From: Candidatus Omnitrophota bacterium
GTDB lineage: Bacteria; Omnitrophota; Gorgyraeia; JABMRN01; RBG-13-46-9
Direction: 5' to 3'
NCBI GenBank assembly: GCA_016927795.1
Contig: JAFGLX010000083.1
Span: 1-34,138 of the forward strand
Length of the DNA: 34,138 nucleotides
Positions within the stretch are counted from its first letter, which is position 1; every line of letters starts with the position of its first letter. The notes beneath the pieces are model-generated. The model made no database searches. It was not told the DNA's origin and saw only the letters and a list, made by a program, of their open reading frames with translations. The translations under genes and the position numbers were made by a program. Positions 15,847 to 24,626 of this stretch are shown in pieces.

Positions 15847-16883
15847 AAATACTTTTTTTAACAATCGGCGACATAACTGTCGCAAGCACGAGAGCAAGGG
15901 TATACGGTTATCTGCCGTTTCTCTCGGAAAAAAATATAAGGTTCAGGATTATTTCCTACACTTCCGGGGCAAAGTGCAAAAGGGTTATTAATTTGAAAGA
16001 AGACAATCCGGCCGAGCGCGCCTTCGAAATAGCGTACAAGATATATGCGCTTGTAGGGCTCTTTCTGTTTGCGGCGATATACGATACGGTTTTCATACAG
16101 AAAGTCATTTTGCCGAAAAGAATATGGAGTATTTTAAGGCTTATTAATAAAAACATTATTTTCGATTTTGACGACGCCCTCTATCTTTACCGTGACATGT
16201 CGTATGTGCTTCGGGATTCTGAAGCCGTAGTAGTCTCGAACAGCTATCTTAAAAATTTCGTTTCCAAGTATAATAGACGTATCCATGAGCTTATAAGCCC
16301 GGTTGATGTACACAGGAAAAAACCGGGAAAAGACGGGAAATTTATCACGATAGGTTGGACGGGTTCTCCGGAGACCTCCAGGTATCTTTATCCGCTTTGT
16401 GCGGTGCTTAGGAGGCTTAGTGAGAAATTCGGCAGTTTAAACATAGAATTCATGGGTATAGGCGATAATGAGGACTTTAAGTCTTGCGGCGTCAAAAAAA
16501 CGGACTGGTCTATCGAGGGGGAGAAGAACTATCTGGCGAAGGTAGATATAGGCATCATGCCGCTTGAGGCGGATGAGTGGTCGCAGTCGAAAGCCGGTTA
16601 TAAATTGCTGCTTTTCATGTCTTACGGCATACCGTGCGTTGCCTCGCCTGTAGGGGTAAACAGTCAAATAGTCGAAGACGGCGTAAACGGTTATCTTGCG
16701 AACACCGAGGACGAATGGACGAGGAAAATGGCTTCTCTTATAGAAGACGAAAACCTTAGGGCGAGATTGGGCGAAGAAGCAATAAAGACGGTTGAAAAAA
16801 TATACAGTTATGATGCTAATTTCAGCAAGTTCTACGATGTTTTGCGGGTGAGTGAGACTATAAACAAGGAGAACCGGATATGA
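15843..16883 (+). CDS. GT-B fold glycosyltransferase (GT1/GT4-like); paralog of the 25753 gene
   Basis: I place the start at ATG 15843 ('MKILFLTIGD'), which forms an ATGA overlap with the upstream stop. The listed 15720 start would overlap the GT2 gene by 127 nt. C-terminal 'GIMPLEADEWSQSKAGYKLLLFMSYGIPCVASPVGVNSQIVEDGVNGYL' is the GT-B nucleotide-sugar binding region. Confidence 0.75.
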   Translation: MKILFLTIGDITVASTRARVYGYLPFLSEKNIRFRIISYTSGAKCKRVINLKEDNPAERAFEIAYKIYALVGLFLFAAIYDTVFIQKVILPKRIWSILRLINKNIIFDFDDALYLYRDMSYVLRDSEAVVVSNSYLKNFVSKYNRRIHELISPVDVHRKKPGKDGKFITIGWTGSPETSRYLYPLCAVLRRLSEKFGSLNIEFMGIGDNEDFKSCGVKKTDWSIEGEKNYLAKVDIGIMPLEADEWSQSKAGYKLLLFMSYGIPCVASPVGVNSQIVEDGVNGYLANTEDEWTRKMASLIEDENLRARLGEEAIKTVEKIYSYDANFSKFYDVLRVSETINKENRI

Positions 16884-17977
16884 AAATTCCATTGGTTGAC
16901 CTTAAGGCGCAGTATTCGTCGATAAAAAGTGAAATAGACAACGCCATAGCGAAGGTAATCGCTAAAACCTCCTTTATACTCGGGGAAGAAGTATCTTCCT
17001 TTGAAAACGAATTCAGTAATTTTTGCGATACCAGATACGCAGTGGGCGTAAGTTCGGGGACGGCCGCTCTTCAACTGGCCCTTGTATCTCTGGGCATAGG
17101 AGAGGGCGACGAGGTTATAACAACGCCATTTACGTTTATAGCGACATCGGAGAGCATACTCGAGGTAGGTGCGCACCCCGTATTCGTCGACATAGAGGAG
17201 GATACTTATAATATTGACGTGAAACTGGTAGAAAAAGCCATAACCAGAAAGACAAAGGCCATTATACCCGTGCATCTTTACGGCCATCCGGTGGATATGG
17301 ACCCCCTTATGGAGATTGCCAGAAAACACAATATAGCCGTTATAGAGGATGCCTGCCAAGCGCACGGCGCGTTATATAAAGGCAGAAAGGTGGGTTCAAT
17401 AGGGGATGCGGGCTGTTTCAGCTTCTATCCGGGTAAGAATCTCGGTTGTTACGGGGACGGTGGAATGCTTGTAACCAATAACGAGCAAATTTTTGAGAAA
17501 ACGAAACTTCTAAGGGACCATGGCAGAAGCGACAAATACACCCATATAGCGCACGGCTATAATTTCAGACTGGACGGCATACAGGCGGCCATCCTAAAGG
17601 TCAAGCTTAAATACCTGGAGAAATGGAACGATAAACGAAGAAAAAACGCAGGTATTTATAATGAGGGACTCTCGCCTTTGGGGTCCGTAACGCAGCCGGT
17701 TGAGAAGGAATACGCAAAACACGTTTATCACCTTTATGTGATAAGAATCAAGGAGAGGGACAAGCTGAAGCTTTTATTAAGCGAAAACAGCATAGATACA
17801 GGCATACATTATCCTATACCTTTGCATAAACAGCCGGTCTATAAAAAAATAGGTCTTTCGGACAAAAAATTACCCGTTTCGGAAAAATGCGCAAAAGATA
17901 TTTTGTCTCTTCCCATTTATGCAGAATTAGAGGAAGATGATATAAGGAAAATCTGTAATCTCATAGCAGAATTTTAA
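16880..17977 (+). CDS. DegT/DnrJ/EryC1 PLP-dependent sugar aminotransferase (WbpE/QdtB/WecE-like subgroup)
   Basis: 'MKIPLVDLKAQY', 'GVSSGTAALQLAL', 'VIEDACQAHGA' and the PLP-Lys block 'FSFYPGKNLGCYGDGG'. ATGA overlap with the upstream gene. Confidence 0.85.
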   Translation: MKIPLVDLKAQYSSIKSEIDNAIAKVIAKTSFILGEEVSSFENEFSNFCDTRYAVGVSSGTAALQLALVSLGIGEGDEVITTPFTFIATSESILEVGAHPVFVDIEEDTYNIDVKLVEKAITRKTKAIIPVHLYGHPVDMDPLMEIARKHNIAVIEDACQAHGALYKGRKVGSIGDAGCFSFYPGKNLGCYGDGGMLVTNNEQIFEKTKLLRDHGRSDKYTHIAHGYNFRLDGIQAAILKVKLKYLEKWNDKRRKNAGIYNEGLSPLGSVTQPVEKEYAKHVYHLYVIRIKERDKLKLLLSENSIDTGIHYPIPLHKQPVYKKIGLSDKKLPVSEKCAKDILSLPIYAELEEDDIRKICNLIAEF

Positions 17978-18000
17978 TCCCTAAGAGGAGTTGTGGAAGA

Positions 18001-18034
18001 GGGAGGGAGCCCCGGCCAGGCCGGGGGCTCCACT
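18001..18034 (+). promoter_or_regulatory. GC-rich intercistronic stem-loop embedded in a Shine-Dalgarno-like motif
   Basis: GGGAGGGAGCCCCGGCCAGGCCGGGGGCTCCACT. Nt 18006-18016 can pair with 18020-18031, giving about 11 bp with one bulged G (18023) and a 3-nt loop. The following sequence is ACTTTACATG, so there is no U-tract. It lies between the DegT stop (17977) and the ATG at 18039. Confidence 0.6.
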
Positions 18035-18038
18035 TTAC

Positions 18039-19340
18039 ATGAGAGACGTAAAAACTGCGCTTATAATTCTCTTTATTTTCATAACGGCATTTTCAATCAG
18101 GCTTGCATATATTTTTACAAGCCAAGATACCATTGAAACGGATGAAGTAGAATATAATCGCATGGCTATAAGTATATTAAACGAGGGAAGGTACGTAAGC
18201 GCGGACGGAAGCGTTACATCGTACAGGCCGCCGCTTTATCCTGTTTTTATCGCCGCAATATATAAAATATTCGACCAAAATAGACTTGCGGTAAGAGTCA
18301 TCCAGGCAGTTATAGCTTCTCTCACCGTGTGCCTTATCTATCTCACCGCATGCCGAATTTTCAACAGACAAACCGCCCTAATTGCCGGTATTTTTTCCGT
18401 TTTTTACGCGACATTCGTTATCTGCGCCAAGCTTCTATATTCCGAAACGTTGTTTAGCTTTCTTTTGGTCCTCATAATATACTTGACGATTGCCGCCAAA
18501 AGGCGCGGGTTAGTACTTTTTTCCGCGTTAGGATTTTTATGCGGATTTCTCACTCTCGTAAAAGCCACAGGCCTTTTTGTACCGTTTATCATTATATTTT
18601 TATCGGCAATCGAAGTAAAAAGGCGCAGGCTCTCATTAAAGAGGTTTATTAAGGTTTCTGCCGTACTTCTAATTTCTTTTGCGTCGTTTGTATTGCCATG
18701 GACTGCAAGAAATTATAAGGCGTATGGAAAATTTGTATTAATCTCAACGAACGGCGGGATTAACATGTATCAGGGCCTCTGCAAGCCGGAAAAAGGCATG
18801 ATATTTACCTTTCCACCGGGGAGCCCCATGTCTGTCAAGTATGATACTATTACAGATGAGGTCGAACGCAACAATTTTTTTGCGCGTGAAACGTTAAAAA
18901 TTTATAGAACAAAACCGTTTTACGCGCTTAAAATGTTTGTGATAAGGTTTCTCTTTTTCTGGAATATTATCGACTGGGAGATTATAGGGGGCGATATTAT
19001 AAATTTCCAGTATGTTTTTATACTGCCATTTGCTTTTTTAGGCACATTTCTTGCCCTAAAAAGCAATAAAGAGATCGAAAGCATACTCCTTGTGATTTTA
19101 TATTTCGCATCTTTTACATTATTTTTTCCCGGATTTTCACGCTACAGAATGCCCATAGACGGCTATATCATAATTCTCGGTTCCTACGGTATTTACAGGT
19201 TAATGAGTAACGTAAAATACCGGTTGTATTCCGCCCTGTCTATAAGCGCTTATTTCCTTTTTACTTATTTTTTGTATAAATTTTCATCCGAAACAAAATA
19301 TTTCGTGAAAACACTCATGCAGCGAATAGGATTGTGGTGA
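18039..19340 (+). CDS. GT-C glycosyltransferase, ArnT/PMT_2 (GT39/GT83-like) family
   Basis: TM1 is followed by 'ETDEVEYNRMAISILNEG' (the DE..Y..M motif of ArnT-like enzymes). 'SYRPPLYPVFIAAIY', 'LVKATGLFVP' and C-terminal 'FSRYRMPIDGY' also fit. There are about 11 hydrophobic segments. I prefer ATG 18039; the listed TTG at 17991 would place the hairpin inside the coding sequence. Confidence 0.8.
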   Translation: MRDVKTALIILFIFITAFSIRLAYIFTSQDTIETDEVEYNRMAISILNEGRYVSADGSVTSYRPPLYPVFIAAIYKIFDQNRLAVRVIQAVIASLTVCLIYLTACRIFNRQTALIAGIFSVFYATFVICAKLLYSETLFSFLLVLIIYLTIAAKRRGLVLFSALGFLCGFLTLVKATGLFVPFIIIFLSAIEVKRRRLSLKRFIKVSAVLLISFASFVLPWTARNYKAYGKFVLISTNGGINMYQGLCKPEKGMIFTFPPGSPMSVKYDTITDEVERNNFFARETLKIYRTKPFYALKMFVIRFLFFWNIIDWEIIGGDIINFQYVFILPFAFLGTFLALKSNKEIESILLVILYFASFTLFFPGFSRYRMPIDGYIIILGSYGIYRLMSNVKYRLYSALSISAYFLFTYFLYKFSSETKYFVKTLMQRIGLW

Positions 19341-19370
19341 GTACGGAATAAAAACAGAAAGGCGATTATA

Positions 19371-20108
19371 ATGCTCTGGATCATATTGCCGGCCTATAAC
19401 GAAGAGAAGAACCTTAAGAACCTGCTTCCGGAACTGGGTGCATTCCTTGACGGAAAGATAGACGACTATAAGATATTGATTATAGATGACGGCAGCGTGG
19501 ATTCTACGAAAAAACTGCCCCAGTATTTTGAGGAACCGCTTCCGCTGGAAATTATCTCACACGAAATAAATAAAGGCGTGGGCGAAGTGTTTAAAACAGC
19601 GTTTGCCGCTGTCGGTCGCGCGGCCGGCGAAAAAGACTTTGTCATTGTAATGGAGGCCGACGGTACGAGCGACTATACCCTTATACCAAATATTATCCGG
19701 GAATTGCAAAACGGAAATGATATCGTTATTGCATCACGCTACATAAAAGGCGGCGCATATAAAAATTTTCCTTTGAAACGGCACCTGATAAGCCTTGCCG
19801 GCAACATGGTCCTTCGATTCTTGCTCGGCAACAAAAAGATAAAAGATTACACTATATTCTACAGGGGATATAAAGCCAGCCTGATAAAAAAAGCCTTAGC
19901 GAGATATCGCGAGAGACTTATTACCTCAAAGACGTTCCTGGCAAACACGGAGATGTTGCATAATTTTACAAAACTGACCGACCGGATTACCGAAATACCT
20001 TTTATCTATTCCTACGACCGCAAAATAGGAAAGAGCAAGATGCCGATAATAAAAACTTTGTTCGATTACCTTGGGTTCCTTTTTGTTGTAAAGTTGAAAA
20101 ATAAATGA
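19371..20108 (+). CDS. GT2 polyprenyl-phosphate glycosyltransferase-like enzyme (Dpm1/CsbB/GtrB-related, no TM)
   Basis: 'WIILPAYNEEKNL', 'IIDDGSVDST', 'VIVMEADGTSD', 'IASRYIKGG', 'KDYTIFYRGY' and 'YDRKIGKSKM'. 245 aa. Its stop overlaps the downstream membrane-protein start (ATGA). Confidence 0.8.
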   Translation: MLWIILPAYNEEKNLKNLLPELGAFLDGKIDDYKILIIDDGSVDSTKKLPQYFEEPLPLEIISHEINKGVGEVFKTAFAAVGRAAGEKDFVIVMEADGTSDYTLIPNIIRELQNGNDIVIASRYIKGGAYKNFPLKRHLISLAGNMVLRFLLGNKKIKDYTIFYRGYKASLIKKALARYRERLITSKTFLANTEMLHNFTKLTDRITEIPFIYSYDRKIGKSKMPIIKTLFDYLGFLFVVKLKNK

Positions 20109-22081
20109 GCGCTAAAATTTTTAAGAATAGTTTACCTTATTTTTTGCTTATGGGCGCGGCTATTTTTATGTTCCGCGGTATATTCGCTCGCGGATTTATG
20201 TCCGGCTACGATAACTCTTTCCATTATTACGATGCGTATTTTATGATAAACACGCTTATACCTAAATATCACTGGATAAGCGGATGGAATATGCGAGTGA
20301 TGGCCGGAATACCCATCTTCGTGGATTATTATCAGGCAGGATTTATCATTATAGCGATTCTTAACAAACTTTTCTTTATGCCGCTTGCGCTTTCGTATAA
20401 AGTCATGGTCATGGCAAGTTACGCATCCCTGGGGGTCTTTTTTTATAAACTCGCCTCGTATAGATTTGGACGTACAGCGGCTCTCGTTATGGCTTTATGC
20501 CTTATGCTGCAGAGGGACATTTATTACGACAGGATATTAAACGGCATATGGTGCAATTATTTGGGTATCGGCCTTTTTATGCTGTTTTATCACGTTCTTG
20601 ACAAAAACATAGAAACATTAACGCTAAAGAAGGCACTTTTGCTCGGCCTTTTACTGGGTCTTATTGTGCTTACTCATTTGTATGTGGCGATATTCGCCTT
20701 TATTGTCGTCTTACTGTATTTACCCGGATACGTAAAAGGCGCTCTGCGCAGGCAAGATACTTATCCGGCCCTCGTGATTTATTTTTCCATACCTCTTTTG
20801 GCGTTCGCAGTTTCGGCGTATTATCTTTATGGCTTTGTAATCTCAAGCGGTTATTTCACGAAATTGGGGAAAGAGCCGCTTAAAGAAGGCCTTGCATGGA
20901 GCCTAAAATCTTTTTTCGGACCGCTTGACAGAGTGGAGCATGTTTTGCCTACAGCGTTTGTGAATCTCCCTGTACTTATGCGTATAGTATTTGGCTTTTC
21001 AGGGGTTTATCTTTTTTTCAAAAACGAGGCCAATCCTACAATAAAGCGTTTCCTACGGTCTTTACTCTTTTTTATAGCGATAGCCCTCATTCTTTTCAGT
21101 AACATACTTGCCCGGTTTGCATTTTGGCAGAAGATCCCTCTTATTACGACACTTCAGTTCAGCAGGTTTCTAATATACATACAGCTCGGCCTTTATATAT
21201 TCGCTGCATACGGAATTCACAGGATTTTGAAAACCTTTAGAGTAAAAAAGCCCTTTATTGCTGTAACCGTTATTCTTATGGCGTGCTCCGTGCTTTTCCA
21301 TTATATGTACTTTGCCGACGCCGCTTCGGTAACGCTGGATAAATCGGCGAATATGAGTTATGTAAGAGATGTGTGGAGCTGGATCAATGATAACATAAAG
21401 GGGGAGAGTTCCAGGATAACTTATCAGAGTACCCTGGGTAACGTTGATGATCCTGTGTTGAAAAGAAGTGATGTTTTCGCGTTGTCGGGTATTTTTACAA
21501 AAGTTCCGCAGATAGGCGTGTTCCGTTCAGCCTCTCCGTTTCCGCAGGAATTTTTTATGCGTAATGACCATGGAAGCATTTTTGGAAGAGAAACCGGAAG
21601 CGTAGGCGCACCTTTCGTTAGAGACACCATGGAGTACTTTAATTCGTCTTACATAGTGACCGTTGAGCCGGATTTACGGAATAAATTGGAGACCTCAGAC
21701 ATATTCGTAAAGGAAGCCCGGATGGGGCCTTTTGACATATTTCGCCTGAAAAACCCGATAGAAAAATGGATTGCTTTTACAAAAGAAGGCGAATATAAAA
21801 TCGATGAATTCACAGACGAAAAAGTTGTTGTCGATATACATAACAATTCGGTCGATAATGAAGCCTTCATCAAGATAGCTTATCACCCGATGTGGAAAGC
21901 TGCCTTAAACGGTAAATCCGTCCCCATAAAACATGATGCGCATAGCCTTATGAAGATCGAGCTTCCGGAAAAGGGTGATTTCAGGCTGGAATTGGCATTT
22001 AACTCTTTCAGCCCGGTTTTAGTGTCTTTCTCTTTTTTGAGCTTTTTATCGGCCGCATTGTTAATAACGTTTAAAAAATAA
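20105..22081 (+). CDS. YfhO-like GT-C membrane glycosyltransferase with a C-terminal extracytoplasmic domain and a terminal TM anchor
   Basis: About 13 hydrophobic segments in the first ~400 aa, with 'SGYDNSFHYYDAYF' after TM1. A ~230-aa soluble region follows, ending 'IAYHPMWKAALNGKSVPIKHDAHSLMKIELPEKGDFRLELAF' plus a final TM. This is the Y-x-P-x-W-x-A...NGK pattern characteristic of YfhO-family C-termini. Confidence 0.55.
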   Translation: MSAKIFKNSLPYFLLMGAAIFMFRGIFARGFMSGYDNSFHYYDAYFMINTLIPKYHWISGWNMRVMAGIPIFVDYYQAGFIIIAILNKLFFMPLALSYKVMVMASYASLGVFFYKLASYRFGRTAALVMALCLMLQRDIYYDRILNGIWCNYLGIGLFMLFYHVLDKNIETLTLKKALLLGLLLGLIVLTHLYVAIFAFIVVLLYLPGYVKGALRRQDTYPALVIYFSIPLLAFAVSAYYLYGFVISSGYFTKLGKEPLKEGLAWSLKSFFGPLDRVEHVLPTAFVNLPVLMRIVFGFSGVYLFFKNEANPTIKRFLRSLLFFIAIALILFSNILARFAFWQKIPLITTLQFSRFLIYIQLGLYIFAAYGIHRILKTFRVKKPFIAVTVILMACSVLFHYMYFADAASVTLDKSANMSYVRDVWSWINDNIKGESSRITYQSTLGNVDDPVLKRSDVFALSGIFTKVPQIGVFRSASPFPQEFFMRNDHGSIFGRETGSVGAPFVRDTMEYFNSSYIVTVEPDLRNKLETSDIFVKEARMGPFDIFRLKNPIEKWIAFTKEGEYKIDEFTDEKVVVDIHNNSVDNEAFIKIAYHPMWKAALNGKSVPIKHDAHSLMKIELPEKGDFRLELAFNSFSPVLVSFSFLSFLSAALLITFKK

Positions 22082-22087
22082 GAGTAA

Positions 22088-23407
22088 ATGAAAAAGGGCT
22101 TAAAATACCTCACGATAGTCATAGCGGCGTTTGCGATTTCCGTAGCCGGCATAGGACGGTTGCCGCAATTTATAACCATTTTGACGCTTTGTATATTGGG
22201 CCTGTATCTTATAAGGCGCATTATCGACGCTAACACACGCAGGAGGGCATCCATATTGTTTCTGGCGGTATTCCTTCTTCAGGTAATGATAAGCATTTTT
22301 CTATATGCTCACACGGTAGATACGAAATATTACGGTTTTTCCTATAAAGGTGATGATTACGTATACGGTGATTTCGGGGTGCTGGCAGGTAAACTGTGGC
22401 GTAAAGGCATTTTCCCATCCATAAAAGGACTGGAATACTTAAGTCTTATCGGAAGGTACTCTCCGGTGCACCCGTATCAATTATATAATGCCGCTATATT
22501 TTACCTGTTCGGTGCCTGCAGCGGCCAGATAATACTTATACTTAATTGTTTTTTTCACGCAGCTATCATCTTACCGGTATTTTTTATATGCAAAGAGTTA
22601 AATATACGAAGCAACGTTATCTTATTTGCGTTTTTTCTGTTTTTATTCTGGCCATCTACCTTTTTTTGGTCCCTTTTTAATTTTAAAGAGCCTATTTACT
22701 TGCTGGTTGACTTCGTTATTTTTAGTATGTGCATAAAGTGGCAGAAGGATCAAAGTATCGGCACTTTGATCCTTTTAGGGTTTCTTTCTTTTGTCCTTTT
22801 CATGTTAAAACCCCACATCAAACCATGGCTTGCGATTCTGTTTCTTTATCTTTTGTTTACCTGGCGATTGAGGTACAGACACCTTGCGGCAATTATCCTT
22901 GCCGTAATTTTTGTATTGCGGCAAATCTTGAAGAAATCTTTCTTTGCCGATTTATATAGATCGTTTTCCCTCTTACCCAAAACATTTTCCGAGCGGCGGT
23001 ACGCAAGCTATTTTACGAATACAAGCTATCTATGGAATCTGCCTACAGATACGTGGCTTGCCACTATTATCTATTTACCTTTTGGCATGTTGCTTGTTTT
23101 ATTTTTACCATTTCTGTTAAGACCTTTTGAGCTCCAGCATGTAGCGGCAAACGTCGAGTCAATAGCCTGGTGGGCATTAATGCCTTTTTTGATAGGAGGG
23201 ATATGGGTCTCTATAACAAAGGAATTAAGAAAAACATTTTTAGTAATTGTTATGTTTTTCTTTTGGATTGCTGCTATGGCATTGACCCAATCGAGCATGG
23301 GAACATTGATCAGGCAGAAGGCCATTATTTATTATATCGGGTTCGTATTCATAGCTCTGGCGATTGATAGGGCTATGGATAAAGTAGAGGATAGAGATGG
23401 CGGATAA
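22088..23407 (+). CDS. Polytopic membrane protein of unknown function (candidate GT-C-like transferase or Wzy-like polymerase)
   Basis: 439 aa with at least 11 hydrophobic segments. It has an acidic loop 'YGFSYKGDDYVYGDFG', then 'FNFKEPIYLLVDF'. It starts 6 nt after the upstream stop. No soluble domain. Confidence 0.5.
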   Translation: MKKGLKYLTIVIAAFAISVAGIGRLPQFITILTLCILGLYLIRRIIDANTRRRASILFLAVFLLQVMISIFLYAHTVDTKYYGFSYKGDDYVYGDFGVLAGKLWRKGIFPSIKGLEYLSLIGRYSPVHPYQLYNAAIFYLFGACSGQIILILNCFFHAAIILPVFFICKELNIRSNVILFAFFLFLFWPSTFFWSLFNFKEPIYLLVDFVIFSMCIKWQKDQSIGTLILLGFLSFVLFMLKPHIKPWLAILFLYLLFTWRLRYRHLAAIILAVIFVLRQILKKSFFADLYRSFSLLPKTFSERRYASYFTNTSYLWNLPTDTWLATIIYLPFGMLLVLFLPFLLRPFELQHVAANVESIAWWALMPFLIGGIWVSITKELRKTFLVIVMFFFWIAAMALTQSSMGTLIRQKAIIYYIGFVFIALAIDRAMDKVEDRDGG

Positions 23408-24626
23408 GGCTGTAAGAGCACTTTATATATCATATAACGCTATAACGGAACCCATAGTGGAATCCCAGGTTATTCCGTACCTGAGGGAGTTATCGAAAAA
23501 GAAAATCAAGTTCTACCTTCTGACTTACGAAAAAAGCGATATGACAAAAGAGGCAAAAGAGCAATTGAAAGAACGTCTTAAAAAAGAATCTAACCTTGAG
23601 TGGTTTTCTTTAAGGTACCATAAAAAACCGGTCATTCCCGCAACTTTTTTTGATATAATCCTGGGATGTTTTTACAGCATGTATATCGCTGCCAAGAACA
23701 GAGTGGGTGTAATTCACGCAAGAGCGATAGTCGCGGCCTTGGCGGGTTTTCCGGCCGCAAAATTATTAGGAAGAAAATTCATTTTTGATACACGCGGCAT
23801 TGATTCCGAAGAATATGTAGACGCAGGTCTCTGGAAAAGGGATGGCCTAAAACATAAAATAGCGGGCTTTCTCGAAGGAGTACTGACAAAGTCGGCGGAC
23901 CATGTGATAGTTCTCACAAATAAATTTTTGGGGATACTGAAGGAAAAATACAGGAACAAAAACATAAGTTTTTCCGTAATTCCATGTGCAGTTGACACGG
24001 ATGAATTTGGAGTCGGGAGCGGCAACCCTTCGCTTCTTGCCGAAAATTTTGGAATCAGGGATAGCTTTGTTATAGTCTACATAGGCTCTCTGGGTACATG
24101 GTATATGTTGGAGGAAATGGTGGATTTTTTTAAGGTAGCGGATAAATTTGTGGAAAATGCACATTTTCTGCTTCTGACGCCCGCCAAGCGCGATTATGTG
24201 CAGGATATTCTTGACAAAAAGGGTATAAGCGCATGCCAGGTCAGCGTCCATACCGTTAAACACAGCGAGATACCCAAATATCTTCCAGCCTGCAACCTCG
24301 GCATATTTTTTATAAAACCGGTTTTTTCAAAATTGTCTTCCTCTCCCGTAAAATTTGCCGAATATCTTAGCAGTCGTTTGCCGGTAGTGATAAATTCAGG
24401 CATAGGCGATACGGACCAAATAGTCAAGCGGCGAAATCTTGGAGCCGTTATTGACAAATTCTGCGAAGAAAGCTATTCTAAGGCTATTAAAGCGGTATTA
24501 GATATGCTACGGAGCGAGAAAGACGCATTGCGGTCAAGGTGCAGGGAAGCGGCGGAAAAGGAGTTGTCGTTAAGCGCGGCGGTTGAAAGATATCATGAAA
24601 TTTACAAAGGTTTATTATTAAAATGA
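23397..24626 (+). CDS. GT4-family (GT-B) glycosyltransferase
   Basis: 'ALYISYNAITEPIVESQVIPYLRELS', 'VIHARAIVAA', 'FIFDTRGIDSEE', and the C-terminal 'SSSPVKFAEYLSSRLPVVINSGIGD' (cf. the E-x7-E region). GAGG lies 6 nt upstream of the ATG. 11-nt overlap with the upstream gene. Confidence 0.75.
   Translation: MADKAVRALYISYNAITEPIVESQVIPYLRELSKKKIKFYLLTYEKSDMTKEAKEQLKERLKKESNLEWFSLRYHKKPVIPATFFDIILGCFYSMYIAAKNRVGVIHARAIVAALAGFPAAKLLGRKFIFDTRGIDSEEYVDAGLWKRDGLKHKIAGFLEGVLTKSADHVIVLTNKFLGILKEKYRNKNISFSVIPCAVDTDEFGVGSGNPSLLAENFGIRDSFVIVYIGSLGTWYMLEEMVDFFKVADKFVENAHFLLLTPAKRDYVQDILDKKGISACQVSVHTVKHSEIPKYLPACNLGIFFIKPVFSKLSSSPVKFAEYLSSRLPVVINSGIGDTDQIVKRRNLGAVIDKFCEESYSKAIKAVLDMLRSEKDALRSRCREAAEKELSLSAAVERYHEIYKGLLLK

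Noticed and set aside
18001-18034. Reading the GC-rich hairpin as a rho-independent terminator separating two operons.
   Set aside because: The stem is followed by ACTTTACATG, not a U-tract, and the next gene starts 5 nt after the motif. Transcriptional read-through with a translational or stability role seems more likely.
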